Source: a virus | Lineage: Duplodnaviria > Heunggongvirae > Uroviricota > Caudoviricetes | Virus record (IMG/VR): IMGVR_UViG_3300048672_000527 | Span: 1 to 36,769 of that record | Strand: one strand, 5' to 3' | DNA length: 36,769 nucleotides | Shown here: piece by piece, positions 8,343 through 18,609 of the stretch | How the letters are laid out: each line of letters opens with the position of its first letter | Numbering within the stretch: the stretch's first letter is position 1 | The notes under the pieces: model-generated | The model's input: only the letters and a program-made list of their open reading frames with translations | Told to the model about the DNA's origin: nothing | Databases searched by the model: none | Position numbers and translations under genes: made by a program

Positions 8343-11080
8343 TGACCGTTGGTTCAATAGCGAACAAAAAGGCTGGTAATAAGAATTACGGTTTTCTGCC
8401 AGTTACACAGGTTGTATCTGGCACAGGTGATCCATATTGGAATAATACATCATTACTTTTATTGGGTAATGGTGCAAATGGTGGCACTAATAGTTCATAT
8501 ATTGATAGCAGTACAAATAATTATACAATAACACAAGTTGGTACTGCTATTCAAGGTTCAGTTGGGCCTGTATATGGTACAACCGGGTCTATATATGTCA
8601 ATTCTGGTGGTGTTGATATACCTATGAATGCAGTAGGGCTTCAGGTCGGGGCAGGTGATTTTACGGCAGAAGCGTGGGTCAATCCTGCTAGTACATCTAA
8701 TATGGTTGTCATTGGCGGCCAGGGGGATTATGCCACTAACGCTGGTATGTCATGGTCTTTATATATTGGTACATCAGGTACTTGCCAGATAAATGTTGGC
8801 GCGACACTGTATACAGTTACGGCCCCGGTAGCGCCAGCAAATACCTGGAGTCATGTTGCATTTGTCCGCAGTGGTTCAAATATATTAACATTTTTAAATG
8901 GTGTTCAAGTAGGAACTACTGCAGTTTCTGGTACTGTTAATAATGGTACTGCAACATATAATGCAGAAATAGGTACATATAAAAATGGGACAAATGCTGT
9001 ATCACAATTCATTGGATACATATCAAACGTCCGTGTGATTAAGGGTGTAGCTTTATATACAACAACATTTACTCCACCTGTAGGGCCACTTACGGCTGTT
9101 GCTAATACTTCATTGTTACTAAATTTTAATAATGCACAAGTTATTGATTCAAGAGCACTTCAAAATATTGGCATTGTCGGTAACGCCAAACTTTCAACAT
9201 CATCACCGAAATACGGCGTAGCAAGTTTGTATTTTGATGGGACAGTTGGATATGCGGTGATGTCAACTTCGAGTCAACTACAATTTGGTACAGGTGATTT
9301 TACCATTGAGTTTTGGTATAATCACTCTTCACGTGTTAGTACATACCCATCGTTATTTTGTAATTATAATGTCGCCGGTGCTGGTGGCATCGGTATCTTT
9401 GCTGGACATAGTACAAATCCCACAAAATATTCTGTTTATTTCAATAATTCAACACTGTTATTAAGTACATCCACATTATCTAGTGGATGGATACATATTG
9501 CAGTTGTTAAATTTGGTGGCAATGCATATCTCTATATTAATGGTATTCAGGAAGCATCTAGTTCTGTCTCTGGTACACTTAATGGGGTAGGTTCTAATAC
9601 ATATATAGGAATAGCTGGTGACGCACTTAATAGTACAACTGTAATTAATGGCTATATTGACGATTTCCGTGTAACTAAAGGTATTGCTCGTTACACAAGT
9701 AATTTTCAAGTACCACAGACAGAATTACCAGCTTATTACTCGTCGCTTAATTATGACCCCAACTGGAGTAATACAAATCTTCTATTGCACGGCGATGGTT
9801 CTAATGCAGCAACTAATAGTACATTTTTAGATAGCAGCACAAATAACGCTACTATTACTGCAACTGGTACACCAACTCAGGGTTCTTACAGCCCATTCCC
9901 ACTATCTACCGGTAATGCATATTCTAAAATTATTAACGGCGGAAGTATGTATTTTGATGGTGGTTCAATGGTTAGTTTACCAGGAACTTACTCTCCAACT
10001 TCTATAGGTGCTGGTGATTTTACATTTGAGTGTTGGGTAAAACCAGATGCAGTTCCAGGGACTCTTTACTGGGTATATGGTGCTCGTGGCGGCGCTTCTG
10101 ATAACACAAGTCCATATTTGGTTATTACTAGCACTGGCTATTCATTTGGTACTGATGGAACTAATATTCTCGTATCATCTGGTGCGCCTTCTACTTCGTC
10201 GTGGACACATATTGCTGTAGTAAGAATAGGATCGGGTACGAATAACTGCAAAATGTACATCAACGGTACGATGGCAGTACAAGCAACAAATACATTCAAT
10301 TTTACGAGTACAATTGGTCCAAGTATAGGTAAGGCTAATGGTGCCACACCATATTACTTTAGTGGATATATCTCAAATGTACGCTTGGTTGTTGGTACTG
10401 GAATTTATACTACGAATTTTACAACACCAACCGCACCATTAAATGCAGTAACAAATACCCAATTATTACTATTGGGTACAAATGCAGCTATTTATGATAA
10501 TGCAGCAAAATCAAATTTAGTTGTTCTTGGTAATTCTGCCACAATGGTATCGGTCAATAAATTTGGTGGAAGTTCTCTATTCTTTGATGGAACTGGGGAT
10601 TATCTAATACCATATAATAACTCAGCTTTCACATTAGGTGCGGGTGATTGGACAATTGAATGTTGGATTTATTTGAACTCTGTTGGCTCACAGATGACAA
10701 TCTATGATGGAAGACCTGGTTCAAATGGTGTATATCCTTATCTTTATGTTGCAGCATCTGGCGCAGTGTCTTATCTGACAAGTAGCACAGTTCGACTTGG
10801 CTCAACTACAGCATTAAGTGCTAGCACCTGGTATCATATTGCTCTTTGTAAAGTCTCTGGCATAACAACTATGTACATAAATGGAACTAATGCTACAGGT
10901 AGTTCTTATACAGATGTGAATACATATTTGGCACCATCTGCAGGTTATCCTCGTATTGGTGCAGATATGACAGCAGCAACAGGTTTTAACGGATATATTG
11001 ACGATTTTAGAATTACTGTTGGACTAGCTCGTTACACTGCAGCTTTTGTCCCACCGTTAACTGCTTTCCCAGATAGGTAA
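8342..11080 (+). CDS. Tail fibre / receptor-binding protein with four LamG (concanavalin A-like) domains
   Basis: Four repeats of GDFTxExW...WxHxAxV...YING...GYI(S/D)xxR, arranged as an internal two-fold duplication. Confidence 0.85.
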   Translation: MTVGSIANKKAGNKNYGFLPVTQVVSGTGDPYWNNTSLLLLGNGANGGTNSSYIDSSTNNYTITQVGTAIQGSVGPVYGTTGSIYVNSGGVDIPMNAVGLQVGAGDFTAEAWVNPASTSNMVVIGGQGDYATNAGMSWSLYIGTSGTCQINVGATLYTVTAPVAPANTWSHVAFVRSGSNILTFLNGVQVGTTAVSGTVNNGTATYNAEIGTYKNGTNAVSQFIGYISNVRVIKGVALYTTTFTPPVGPLTAVANTSLLLNFNNAQVIDSRALQNIGIVGNAKLSTSSPKYGVASLYFDGTVGYAVMSTSSQLQFGTGDFTIEFWYNHSSRVSTYPSLFCNYNVAGAGGIGIFAGHSTNPTKYSVYFNNSTLLLSTSTLSSGWIHIAVVKFGGNAYLYINGIQEASSSVSGTLNGVGSNTYIGIAGDALNSTTVINGYIDDFRVTKGIARYTSNFQVPQTELPAYYSSLNYDPNWSNTNLLLHGDGSNAATNSTFLDSSTNNATITATGTPTQGSYSPFPLSTGNAYSKIINGGSMYFDGGSMVSLPGTYSPTSIGAGDFTFECWVKPDAVPGTLYWVYGARGGASDNTSPYLVITSTGYSFGTDGTNILVSSGAPSTSSWTHIAVVRIGSGTNNCKMYINGTMAVQATNTFNFTSTIGPSIGKANGATPYYFSGYISNVRLVVGTGIYTTNFTTPTAPLNAVTNTQLLLLGTNAAIYDNAAKSNLVVLGNSATMVSVNKFGGSSLFFDGTGDYLIPYNNSAFTLGAGDWTIECWIYLNSVGSQMTIYDGRPGSNGVYPYLYVAASGAVSYLTSSTVRLGSTTALSASTWYHIALCKVSGITTMYINGTNATGSSYTDVNTYLAPSAGYPRIGADMTAATGFNGYIDDFRITVGLARYTAAFVPPLTAFPDR

Positions 11081-11083
11081 GAT

Positions 11084-12274
11084 ATGCTAGGTAGTCGCGC
11101 ATTTGGTTCGACTCCGCTTGGTACTGAGGTATTAAGTTCGGGTGGCTCATCTCCCGATATAACACTCGGTGTATCTAACGTCGCTTCTAGCACAGTCGTA
11201 GGTAATTTAACTTCTACTGTGGCCGTTAACATTAATCTTACCGGTACTCAATCTGTTATTTCCGCCGGAAATATTGGAACCACATCATCCGCAAGTTTGG
11301 TGATCACAGGTAATGCAGCTGCACTATCAACCGGCAATGTAACTAATTCTAGCTCAATTTCAATTGGGATTTCTGGTAATGGAATCACTGGTGGTGTTAA
11401 TCAAGTAACAACATCTGCTACATCAACAATTGCAATAACCGGTAACTCTACTACTTCTGCTACTGGAACAGTGACAACTGCTTCTGGTAAAAGTGTCGAA
11501 ATTTCTGGTATTGCTTCAACCACTGGAACTGGTAGTTTAACAACATCTGCTATTTCTACAAATAGTCTATCTGGTGTATCATCCACTACTGCTACTGGAA
11601 CAGCTCTAACTACAGAGGATGATGTTTCTAGTCTGACCGGAGTATCTTTAACGGGTTCTACTGGATCAGTTGGCTTTACTGTCGGTGTTAATATCACACT
11701 AGGTGGTAATTCAAGCCCAGTTTCTATAGGAACTCTGGTTAATTCTGCTACTGCAAATAGAGCTATCACCGGTGTTGCATTAAATACTTCTACTGGAATA
11801 GTAACCTCAGCAAATTCTCTGGTTATAGGTCTGAGTGGTAATACAGCTGTAGCAACATCTGGATTTATCTCGTCTAGTTCTACTGTTTCTTGTTCTCTAT
11901 CTGGTAATACAGCTAGTGGAACAGTTGGTAATCCATACTCAGAAAAACCTGTATCTCTATCTGGTAATACAGCTACTGGTACAGTTGGTAATATACAAAA
12001 GACACTAGAAGTAAGAATTGGTCTCGGTGGTGTTACTGCTTCTGGCTTTACTGCTCTAATGCACGGTTTGATTAATTTTAAACCACATAGCGTGCTGGCC
12101 GATAGTTATACAAATACATATGTTATACCGACTGTAACAAATGCGGGTAAATTTGGTGTAGAAACGGCCACGGCCAGAGTGAATTTATCCAATCCTAACG
12201 GCACTAAATATACAAAACGCGCACAGATAAGTGAAGACCCAGTAACGTCTTTCAAAGTTGAGGAAACAGTGTGA
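11084..12274 (+). CDS. Ser/Thr/Gly-rich repeat virion protein (fibre-like)
   Basis: About 20-aa repeats of the form (I/L)(S/T)G(N/V)xxxxxxG. Confidence 0.75.
   Translation: MLGSRAFGSTPLGTEVLSSGGSSPDITLGVSNVASSTVVGNLTSTVAVNINLTGTQSVISAGNIGTTSSASLVITGNAAALSTGNVTNSSSISIGISGNGITGGVNQVTTSATSTIAITGNSTTSATGTVTTASGKSVEISGIASTTGTGSLTTSAISTNSLSGVSSTTATGTALTTEDDVSSLTGVSLTGSTGSVGFTVGVNITLGGNSSPVSIGTLVNSATANRAITGVALNTSTGIVTSANSLVIGLSGNTAVATSGFISSSSTVSCSLSGNTASGTVGNPYSEKPVSLSGNTATGTVGNIQKTLEVRIGLGGVTASGFTALMHGLINFKPHSVLADSYTNTYVIPTVTNAGKFGVETATARVNLSNPNGTKYTKRAQISEDPVTSFKVEETV
11894..11992 (+). repeat. 39-nt direct repeat (2 mismatches) at a 60-nt period
   Basis: TCTCTATCTGGTAATACAGCTA(G/C)TGG(A/T)ACAGTTGGTAAT at 11894-11932 and 11954-11992. 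Confidence 0.9.
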
Positions 12275-12669
12275 TTCAAGAACTCCAATCAGCCAGAATT
12301 GATTTATACATAGATCAAGGTGATACTTACTACAAACCCTTTACAATTAAGGACGACTCTGGTGCTGTCCTAGATCTATCTGGTTACACCGTAGAAGCTG
12401 TCATGAAAAGATATTTTAATACCAAAACTGATTATAATTTGGTCGCATCTGTAGTTGACGCACCAACCGGGAAGATTGCATTGAGTATGTCTGAAATGGC
12501 TAGTCGTGCATTGTTAAATGATCGCTATGTTTATTCTGTGAAATTAAGAAATAGTACAGTAGCTGTCAAGATTATTGAAGGTCAAGTTCTTGTGACAAAT
12601 ACAACTATTGCACCTGTTACTCTTAACTTAGGTATTACTGGTAATCAATCAGTAGGAACCGGAGCATAA
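12271..12669 (+). CDS. BppU-like / baseplate-associated adaptor protein
   Basis: LYIDQGDT...DLSGYT...G.I.L...YVY.V...IEG.V.V pattern. Confidence 0.7.
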   Translation: MIQELQSARIDLYIDQGDTYYKPFTIKDDSGAVLDLSGYTVEAVMKRYFNTKTDYNLVASVVDAPTGKIALSMSEMASRALLNDRYVYSVKLRNSTVAVKIIEGQVLVTNTTIAPVTLNLGITGNQSVGTGA

Positions 12670-12720
12670 CGGATGTCAGATAATATTCCAAATTTTAGTT
12701 ACTGATACAAAGGTTAAATA

Positions 12721-15516
12721 ATGGTCGCTTATGTAATGACTGGTAGTGGTACATTCCGAGATATCGGTAATGCTGCTATCTGGGGTGTCGCTACTGCTCG
12801 GGCAGGAGGAGACACTATTAACACGAACGGGTTTAACTTAACCATTGACCAGGATACTCGTTATGGATTATCCGGTACAACATCTACCACATTAGGTAAT
12901 ATTACCATTAATGCTACTAAGGGTGGTAATTTAAATATCGATGCAACCAAAGTTTGGTTAGTACCATTTAACACTGGTAGTGGTACGATTACAGCCGGTA
13001 CATCAGTAACTCTATCTCCAGCCACTGGAAATGTGATTGGTCTTTACTCCGCAGTTACTGCTGCACCAGTTCTCACTGGTGTTGCGACTGGTTGGCTCAA
13101 ACTAACAAACGTTGTCGGAACTATTCCTAGTTCCGGAACCTTTACTCAAGCTGGATATACATTTACTATATCTGGGGCTCCAATTCGTGGTTTTATTGAA
13201 ATTAACGGCGATGAAGCAAGTGGTATTATTGCTAACCGTCTCGGAACAGTAACTATAGCAGGAGCTTGGTACGAAGTTGGTTCTACATCGGGTTCAAGTG
13301 CTACAACATATCAATTACCAACTAACGGCAGTATTCAATATTTTCCCGGTGTATATGTAGATACTGATTCTGTTACTATAACAGGGGCTTCATGGTCTGC
13401 TGGTGTTGCTACATATACCTTTGCGGGTCACCCATTTTTAGTTGGTGACGAGTTAACTGTTACGGGTGCTACTCCGTCGGGATATAATGTAACTGATACG
13501 CCAATAACCGCCGTAACAGCTAATACATTCAGCGTTGCTATGGCAGTTGATCCTACAGCTTGGTCAACAGGTGGAGCAGCAAAAGTTCTCGAAGCGTATC
13601 CTTGTGCAGGTTCTCTAGTCGCCGCAGCATCTACAGCAACGGATGCACTTCGTGGAAAAGTATGCTGGATTTCTACAGCTGGTATTCTGAGATTTGGTTC
13701 TGACGGTACTAACACAGTTGGTAACGTTCCAGTAGCTGGTAAACGTATCCGTATTCCGAATATTCTTACAGCAAATAATACAACAGCAGCAAGAACTGCA
13801 AACGTATTGCCAAATGCGACACTAGCAACTCGGTATGACTTTACATCAACTGGTGGCGGAGCTGTAGTTATTAATAAGGCCAACTTTGCTTGGTACCCGT
13901 CTTTTGTTCAACCATATTCATTGTCGATGACATATGCGATGGTCTTAGATCAGTTACAGATTGATGAAATCGCACAATACGCAACTTTTAATCGGGTGGG
14001 TGTTGGTCAAACTGCAGCACAGGCCCAATTCGCGTTATTGGGGACACTATGCTTCGCCGGGGGCGTCTTTAACGGTTGTGTGTTTACTAGAGCTACATTG
14101 GCAGCAGCAAGTACATATATTAACTCGTTAACCGACATGACGGGTTTTACGTTTAACTCATGTCGTGAGTATAGTTTTGTCTTCCGTGCTAATGCAACCA
14201 CTGGCGCGGCAACTTTATTGCGTGTAAACAACTGTACATGGAATAACCATACTATGGGTCTAGGGCAGCACCTAATCACCACATGCTCCGGGTTAACTTA
14301 CAAAAACACTATCTATTTTGACAATATGACCACCACTGGTACCACAATGCCAATGAGTGTGTGGGCAGTTGCTTCAAATACAAACAATTGTGTATTTGAC
14401 GGTCTGACATTTGGTGGTGGAACTAACGTGCAACCTTATACTGCCATATTGTCAGTTAATGCTGCGGGTTGTTCTAATATTAAACTGAGAAATATTGGTA
14501 CATATGCTGCACCATTAAGTCTTGGTTCAACTAATGCTACTGGTTTAATTACAGTTTTTGCAGCTTCTGCTGCTGCTTCAAACGTTAAAGTACAACGTGT
14601 TTATGTAGCAAATACAAGAACCGGACAACTAACTGCTGATAACTCCACCACAGGTGTTTTGTTTGAATCCGTGTTTGGTGATTATGCGGACGCTGCTGAT
14701 GTGGCGGCAATTTTGAATTTCCAACGTAAAAGTATAGGTGGAACACCAGCTTTAACAGCTCAAGTTGCTATCTACGGAACACATTGGTTTGATTGCTATA
14801 CAAGTGCAACAGCGGGCCGTATTGGTCTATTAATGAATGAAGCATCTGCTTCAACTACAGCGCAAGTAACGTTGACTAATGGAGCGGCGTTTACAGCGGC
14901 GGGTGGTTTATATATGCCAACCATTGGTATGACTGCTACATTTGAAATCCCATACTATCTAATAGGACATACTGCATTCCAAAACAGTGCTGCTATTATG
15001 GCTGGTGGTACTGCTACGAACTACACATACGGTTTCCAAATTGACAAGAATGATGGTGCTGGTTGGTCAACACTTACCTCAGGTTCTACTGCAACAACTC
15101 TTGCAACAGCATTAAATGCTCTAACTGGTATTGATGCTAGTAAGGGTTTCAAACTTCGTATTAAGATTACAACTGGTACTGCTAATACCACAGCTATTAC
15201 AAGTTTTTATGTATTGACGAGTAGCACAACAACAAGTCAAGCATATCAATACCCACTAGATACTATTAACTTAACTCTTACCGGTCTTCAGACCGGTAGT
15301 GATGTGGTTATTCTAGCCGCCGGAACATCAACTGAAAGAAGTAGTGTTGATGCAAATGCAACATCCACTTGGACGTATATATACGCAACACAGGAAACTA
15401 TTGATATCGGTGTTTTCAAGGCTGGCTATGTTCCATTTTATATTAGAAACTATTCACTGGCTGCATCGGATGCATCACTTCCGATTGCACAAGTTATTGA
15501 TCGGGCATACGCATGA
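12721..15516 (+). CDS. Large virion structural protein (probable beta-helix spike/fibre with Ig-like C-terminus)
   Basis: 931 aa, Thr/Ala/Gly-rich, Asn/Cys ladder region, C-terminal TLTGL..GS.V...GY beta-sandwich. Confidence 0.7.
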   Translation: MVAYVMTGSGTFRDIGNAAIWGVATARAGGDTINTNGFNLTIDQDTRYGLSGTTSTTLGNITINATKGGNLNIDATKVWLVPFNTGSGTITAGTSVTLSPATGNVIGLYSAVTAAPVLTGVATGWLKLTNVVGTIPSSGTFTQAGYTFTISGAPIRGFIEINGDEASGIIANRLGTVTIAGAWYEVGSTSGSSATTYQLPTNGSIQYFPGVYVDTDSVTITGASWSAGVATYTFAGHPFLVGDELTVTGATPSGYNVTDTPITAVTANTFSVAMAVDPTAWSTGGAAKVLEAYPCAGSLVAAASTATDALRGKVCWISTAGILRFGSDGTNTVGNVPVAGKRIRIPNILTANNTTAARTANVLPNATLATRYDFTSTGGGAVVINKANFAWYPSFVQPYSLSMTYAMVLDQLQIDEIAQYATFNRVGVGQTAAQAQFALLGTLCFAGGVFNGCVFTRATLAAASTYINSLTDMTGFTFNSCREYSFVFRANATTGAATLLRVNNCTWNNHTMGLGQHLITTCSGLTYKNTIYFDNMTTTGTTMPMSVWAVASNTNNCVFDGLTFGGGTNVQPYTAILSVNAAGCSNIKLRNIGTYAAPLSLGSTNATGLITVFAASAAASNVKVQRVYVANTRTGQLTADNSTTGVLFESVFGDYADAADVAAILNFQRKSIGGTPALTAQVAIYGTHWFDCYTSATAGRIGLLMNEASASTTAQVTLTNGAAFTAAGGLYMPTIGMTATFEIPYYLIGHTAFQNSAAIMAGGTATNYTYGFQIDKNDGAGWSTLTSGSTATTLATALNALTGIDASKGFKLRIKITTGTANTTAITSFYVLTSSTTTSQAYQYPLDTINLTLTGLQTGSDVVILAAGTSTERSSVDANATSTWTYIYATQETIDIGVFKAGYVPFYIRNYSLAASDASLPIAQVIDRAYA

Positions 15517-15704
15517 AAATACAAATTATATCTTCTACGGATAACAAATTCCTTGGGAAAATTATTGAAGACTCTTTTCCCCTACAATTAGATGAGGAGC
15601 ACATCTTTACACCTGATGGAAAGATGCAAATCGGGGGAAAGATAACTCGTTATTATTCCTCAAACTATTCGATCGATGTTCAAGAGTACGTCGAACAAAT
15701 ATAA
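15513..15704 (+). CDS. Small hypothetical protein
   Basis: ATGA overlap with the upstream gene. Confidence 0.65.
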   Translation: MKIQIISSTDNKFLGKIIEDSFPLQLDEEHIFTPDGKMQIGGKITRYYSSNYSIDVQEYVEQI

Positions 15705-15707
15705 ATA
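15700..15707 (+). promoter_or_regulatory. T4 late promoter TATAAATA
   Basis: Exact consensus upstream of the AGGA RBS and the ATG at 15729. Confidence 0.8.
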
Positions 15708-15728
15708 CAGTAAACATTAGGAAGAAAT

Positions 15729-17363
15729 ATGGCAAAAATTGCTCTTAAATCAGGATTAAACGTTGGTACTGAACTAACAGTTAATACATCTACTAAGAAA
15801 ATTACACTTAACGTGGCTGGCAACTTAGTTGCCAAAGACGGTGTGTCTTGGCAGGCACTTTACTCTAAGTGTGTTGACTTGTGGACAACAGCAACATACA
15901 ATGATTTCCCGTTTCCATTCTACGCATTGGACGTATTGTCGGGTCAATTCCTTATGGGTACTGACGGTGCAACATACTCCGGATGGACTTTCGCGGATGA
16001 TGCATCACGTGGTTACATGCGGGATGGTGGTTGGTCAGAATATAATGCGGCAGGCGTTTTAGCTCGCCAATATGTAGGCATTATCTCTCTGGGTACTGTT
16101 TCTGCAGGTTCTCAGTTATACTATCAAACAACATCAACTGGCGCGCCAGTTAACTTCATCTATACTGATGCTGCCAACCAAGGTGTTCAAGTATATGGTG
16201 ATATTGCAGCTGATGCAACGACTACAACATTTGACACACGAACATTCTTTAAAGGTTATGTTCGTGAATACGCGAAGAAATACAAAGACTCTGTTTTGGC
16301 GGATACTGGTAAGACCGGTACTGGCGCGAACATTGTTAATATGCTGTTGTCCAATGAAAATGACTTGGATATTCAGATTGCTGACGCTTCAATTGGTACT
16401 TCCCCATATTCAGAAATCAATGTTAAGTATTTCCCAACAGCATTCAATAAGGATATTGATACCTCAGGTACTAATCGTTCTTTTGGTATTGTAGTTGATG
16501 TTGGTACCCACTCGGGTGTTGATGGTTCGTGCACTTCCGCTGGTAATACATTTACAACTGCTGGCGCTGGTATCACTGGTGCCAATTATGTTGGTGGTAC
16601 ACTAACAATTCACTCAGGTACAAATAAGGGAACTTATAATATTTCCGGTACTCCAAGTGCTACAGTTGTTACTATTTCAACAACATTCCCAAATACACAA
16701 TCTGCTCAGAGTTTTACTTTGCAACGTGCTGCGCCAGTAGCGGCTTCATTGCAACAGATTTACACAAAGATCCAATACCAACTGCGTCAAAACAGTAACA
16801 TCAACGGTCTTGCATCTGCTGGTTCAGTTACTGGTAAGACAGCAGTTCAACAATTGAACTTTGTTGGTTCCGCACTAAAAGCTGGTTTCTATGCACCAAC
16901 AAATCCAAATGGTGGTGGTACCGGTGTTACCATTATGGGTTATGCCGCCGCTGATGTGAATAGCTTTACATCGTACGATAATGCAGCAACAGCCCGTGAC
17001 TATCCTTTCTCATCTGCTGGTAACATTATCTGTAATGCAAACCTGACAAGTGGTTCTACTGGTTATTACCGTTTGTATTTCACTACAAACCCCGCAGGTA
17101 ACTATGGAACTGCAACCGCGGTGACTGTTAATAATGCTCTCGGTGTGCCGATTGCTGGAACAATTACCTCCGGTACTATTAGCTTTACATTTGATTACAC
17201 TGGCAACGTACAGGGCGGCCGCACGGGTGGTACTGATGCTGCAGTTACTTTAGTTGCAGGTAATGCCGGCAAAGCTAAACCCGTAGTAGTAACTGGTTTG
17301 CTAACCGCATCAAAATCGATCAGTATTTCCGCAACAGCAGAAACCGAACGTTCATATCTGTAA
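15729..17363 (+). CDS. Virion structural protein (tail-associated)
   Basis: Late promoter plus RBS; Thr/Gly/Ala-rich. Its N-terminus (LYS...D.W...FP) resembles that of the next gene. Confidence 0.7.
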   Translation: MAKIALKSGLNVGTELTVNTSTKKITLNVAGNLVAKDGVSWQALYSKCVDLWTTATYNDFPFPFYALDVLSGQFLMGTDGATYSGWTFADDASRGYMRDGGWSEYNAAGVLARQYVGIISLGTVSAGSQLYYQTTSTGAPVNFIYTDAANQGVQVYGDIAADATTTTFDTRTFFKGYVREYAKKYKDSVLADTGKTGTGANIVNMLLSNENDLDIQIADASIGTSPYSEINVKYFPTAFNKDIDTSGTNRSFGIVVDVGTHSGVDGSCTSAGNTFTTAGAGITGANYVGGTLTIHSGTNKGTYNISGTPSATVVTISTTFPNTQSAQSFTLQRAAPVAASLQQIYTKIQYQLRQNSNINGLASAGSVTGKTAVQQLNFVGSALKAGFYAPTNPNGGGTGVTIMGYAAADVNSFTSYDNAATARDYPFSSAGNIICNANLTSGSTGYYRLYFTTNPAGNYGTATAVTVNNALGVPIAGTITSGTISFTFDYTGNVQGGRTGGTDAAVTLVAGNAGKAKPVVVTGLLTASKSISISATAETERSYL

Positions 17364-17369
17364 TCCAGA

Positions 17370-17393
17370 TATAAATAAATGACAAATTGTCAT
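17370..17393 (+). promoter_or_regulatory. Late promoter TATAAATA followed by the palindrome ATGACAA-A-TTGTCAT
   Basis: Consensus at 17370-17377; 7-bp inverted repeat at 17379-17393. Confidence 0.7.
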
Positions 17394-17416
17394 GAAGTTT
17401 AACCTGGAAACACAAC

Positions 17417-17959
17417 GTGAGTATATCGTTTGATGGCACCACAAAAATTGCCACATTATCACTAGGAACCACAACCCTATCTGTTTTAGATCTCTATAGC
17501 AGATGGGTTGATTGGTTACTCACGTCGGATAATTCAAAATTCCCCGTAATGTTTTCCACAGTGGGTGGAGACGTTATTGACTCAGCTGCTGGTACTTCTA
17601 TTCCAACATACGCATTCTTACAGAATGGTTGGAGAATCAAACCACAAGAAGCAAATCACACACTAAACGTAACTGGTGGTGTATTATTGGTTGCTGGTGG
17701 TGGTGATCCTTTTATTAATACCACCGGTAGCTATATTGTACGAATAAATTATAGTCAGCCGGTGCAAGCTATTACTGTTGCTACTGGTGGATCGTCTGGG
17801 CTGACTACGCAACAGGAAACAATGCTACTTGAAATGTATAACCTACTTGGTCTTGATCCTACTAAACCTCTAGTAGTTACTAATACTACAAGAACTGCTG
17901 GTACAATTAGTCAGACTATTGACACCAATGCATCTCAAACAACAGTCACACGGGTATGA
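17417..17959 (+). CDS. Virion structural protein
   Basis: GTG start after a late promoter; DLYSRW.DW...GG...YxFL.NGWRIKP pattern. Confidence 0.7.
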   Translation: MSISFDGTTKIATLSLGTTTLSVLDLYSRWVDWLLTSDNSKFPVMFSTVGGDVIDSAAGTSIPTYAFLQNGWRIKPQEANHTLNVTGGVLLVAGGGDPFINTTGSYIVRINYSQPVQAITVATGGSSGLTTQQETMLLEMYNLLGLDPTKPLVVTNTTRTAGTISQTIDTNASQTTVTRV

Positions 17960-17963
17960 TTGA

Positions 17964-18593
17964 ATGTTTGATCACAAGAATTTAGCAACCGGAGGACTAT
18001 ATCCAGGTAGAGTAACTCACCGTTCCGTTGCTAATCTTGGTACATTTGAGTTTGATGTCTCCATTACTGAAATTCCAATTACTGGAACAGAAAGTAATTT
18101 TGTAACAGGAAGCGTAGCAAGTAGTTCTCTTTTAAATCGTTTAATTACTGGTATTTTTGGTACTGGTTCTAGTGGTGATATTACTGGTTCTAGTGCGACT
18201 TCTATCAATGTTAGTGGTAACACTACAGCTGGTGAAGTTGGCAGCGTTGGGTACAGCGGTACTGGAGATGTAACACTTCCATTATCGAGCAACTTAGCAC
18301 GTGGTTTTGTTGGAACCACAGTAGCATATGGTGGGGATTTAATAGAAGTCCCAGGTTTTGGAGGTGGCGGATACGGATTTAACTTCGGTTCTGATAGCTA
18401 TAAATATAAGGTAAAAATACGAATTACCCGCAATGGTAAAACGTGGGAGTATGAATCAGAGGTGGGTTCGACTATGGCAAAGGTTATTGCCAAAGTTATG
18501 AAAACAAAAATAGCAGAACCTTCCGTTTCATACACAGGTATATCGATGGCAGAGAGTAGAGAACCACAAATTAAGGTTACTACTAAACATTAA
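17964..18593 (+). CDS. Hypothetical structural protein with Ser/Gly repeats
   Basis: Carries the same repeat type as 11084-12274 (INVSGNTTAGEVG). Internal TATAAATA at 18399-18406. Confidence 0.65.
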   Translation: MFDHKNLATGGLYPGRVTHRSVANLGTFEFDVSITEIPITGTESNFVTGSVASSSLLNRLITGIFGTGSSGDITGSSATSINVSGNTTAGEVGSVGYSGTGDVTLPLSSNLARGFVGTTVAYGGDLIEVPGFGGGGYGFNFGSDSYKYKVKIRITRNGKTWEYESEVGSTMAKVIAKVMKTKIAEPSVSYTGISMAESREPQIKVTTKH

Positions 18594-18609
18594 GGTTGCT
18601 ACTAAACAT
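18572..18609 (+). repeat. 19-nt tandem duplication at a gene junction
   Basis: TAAGGTTACTACTAAACAT followed by TAAGGTTGCTACTAAACAT. Confidence 0.85.

Noticed and set aside
8342-18593. Diversity-generating retroelement acting on the lectin/fibre genes
   Set aside because: No reverse transcriptase in the window and no template/variable repeat pair differing only at adenines. The repeats seen are in-frame protein repeats.
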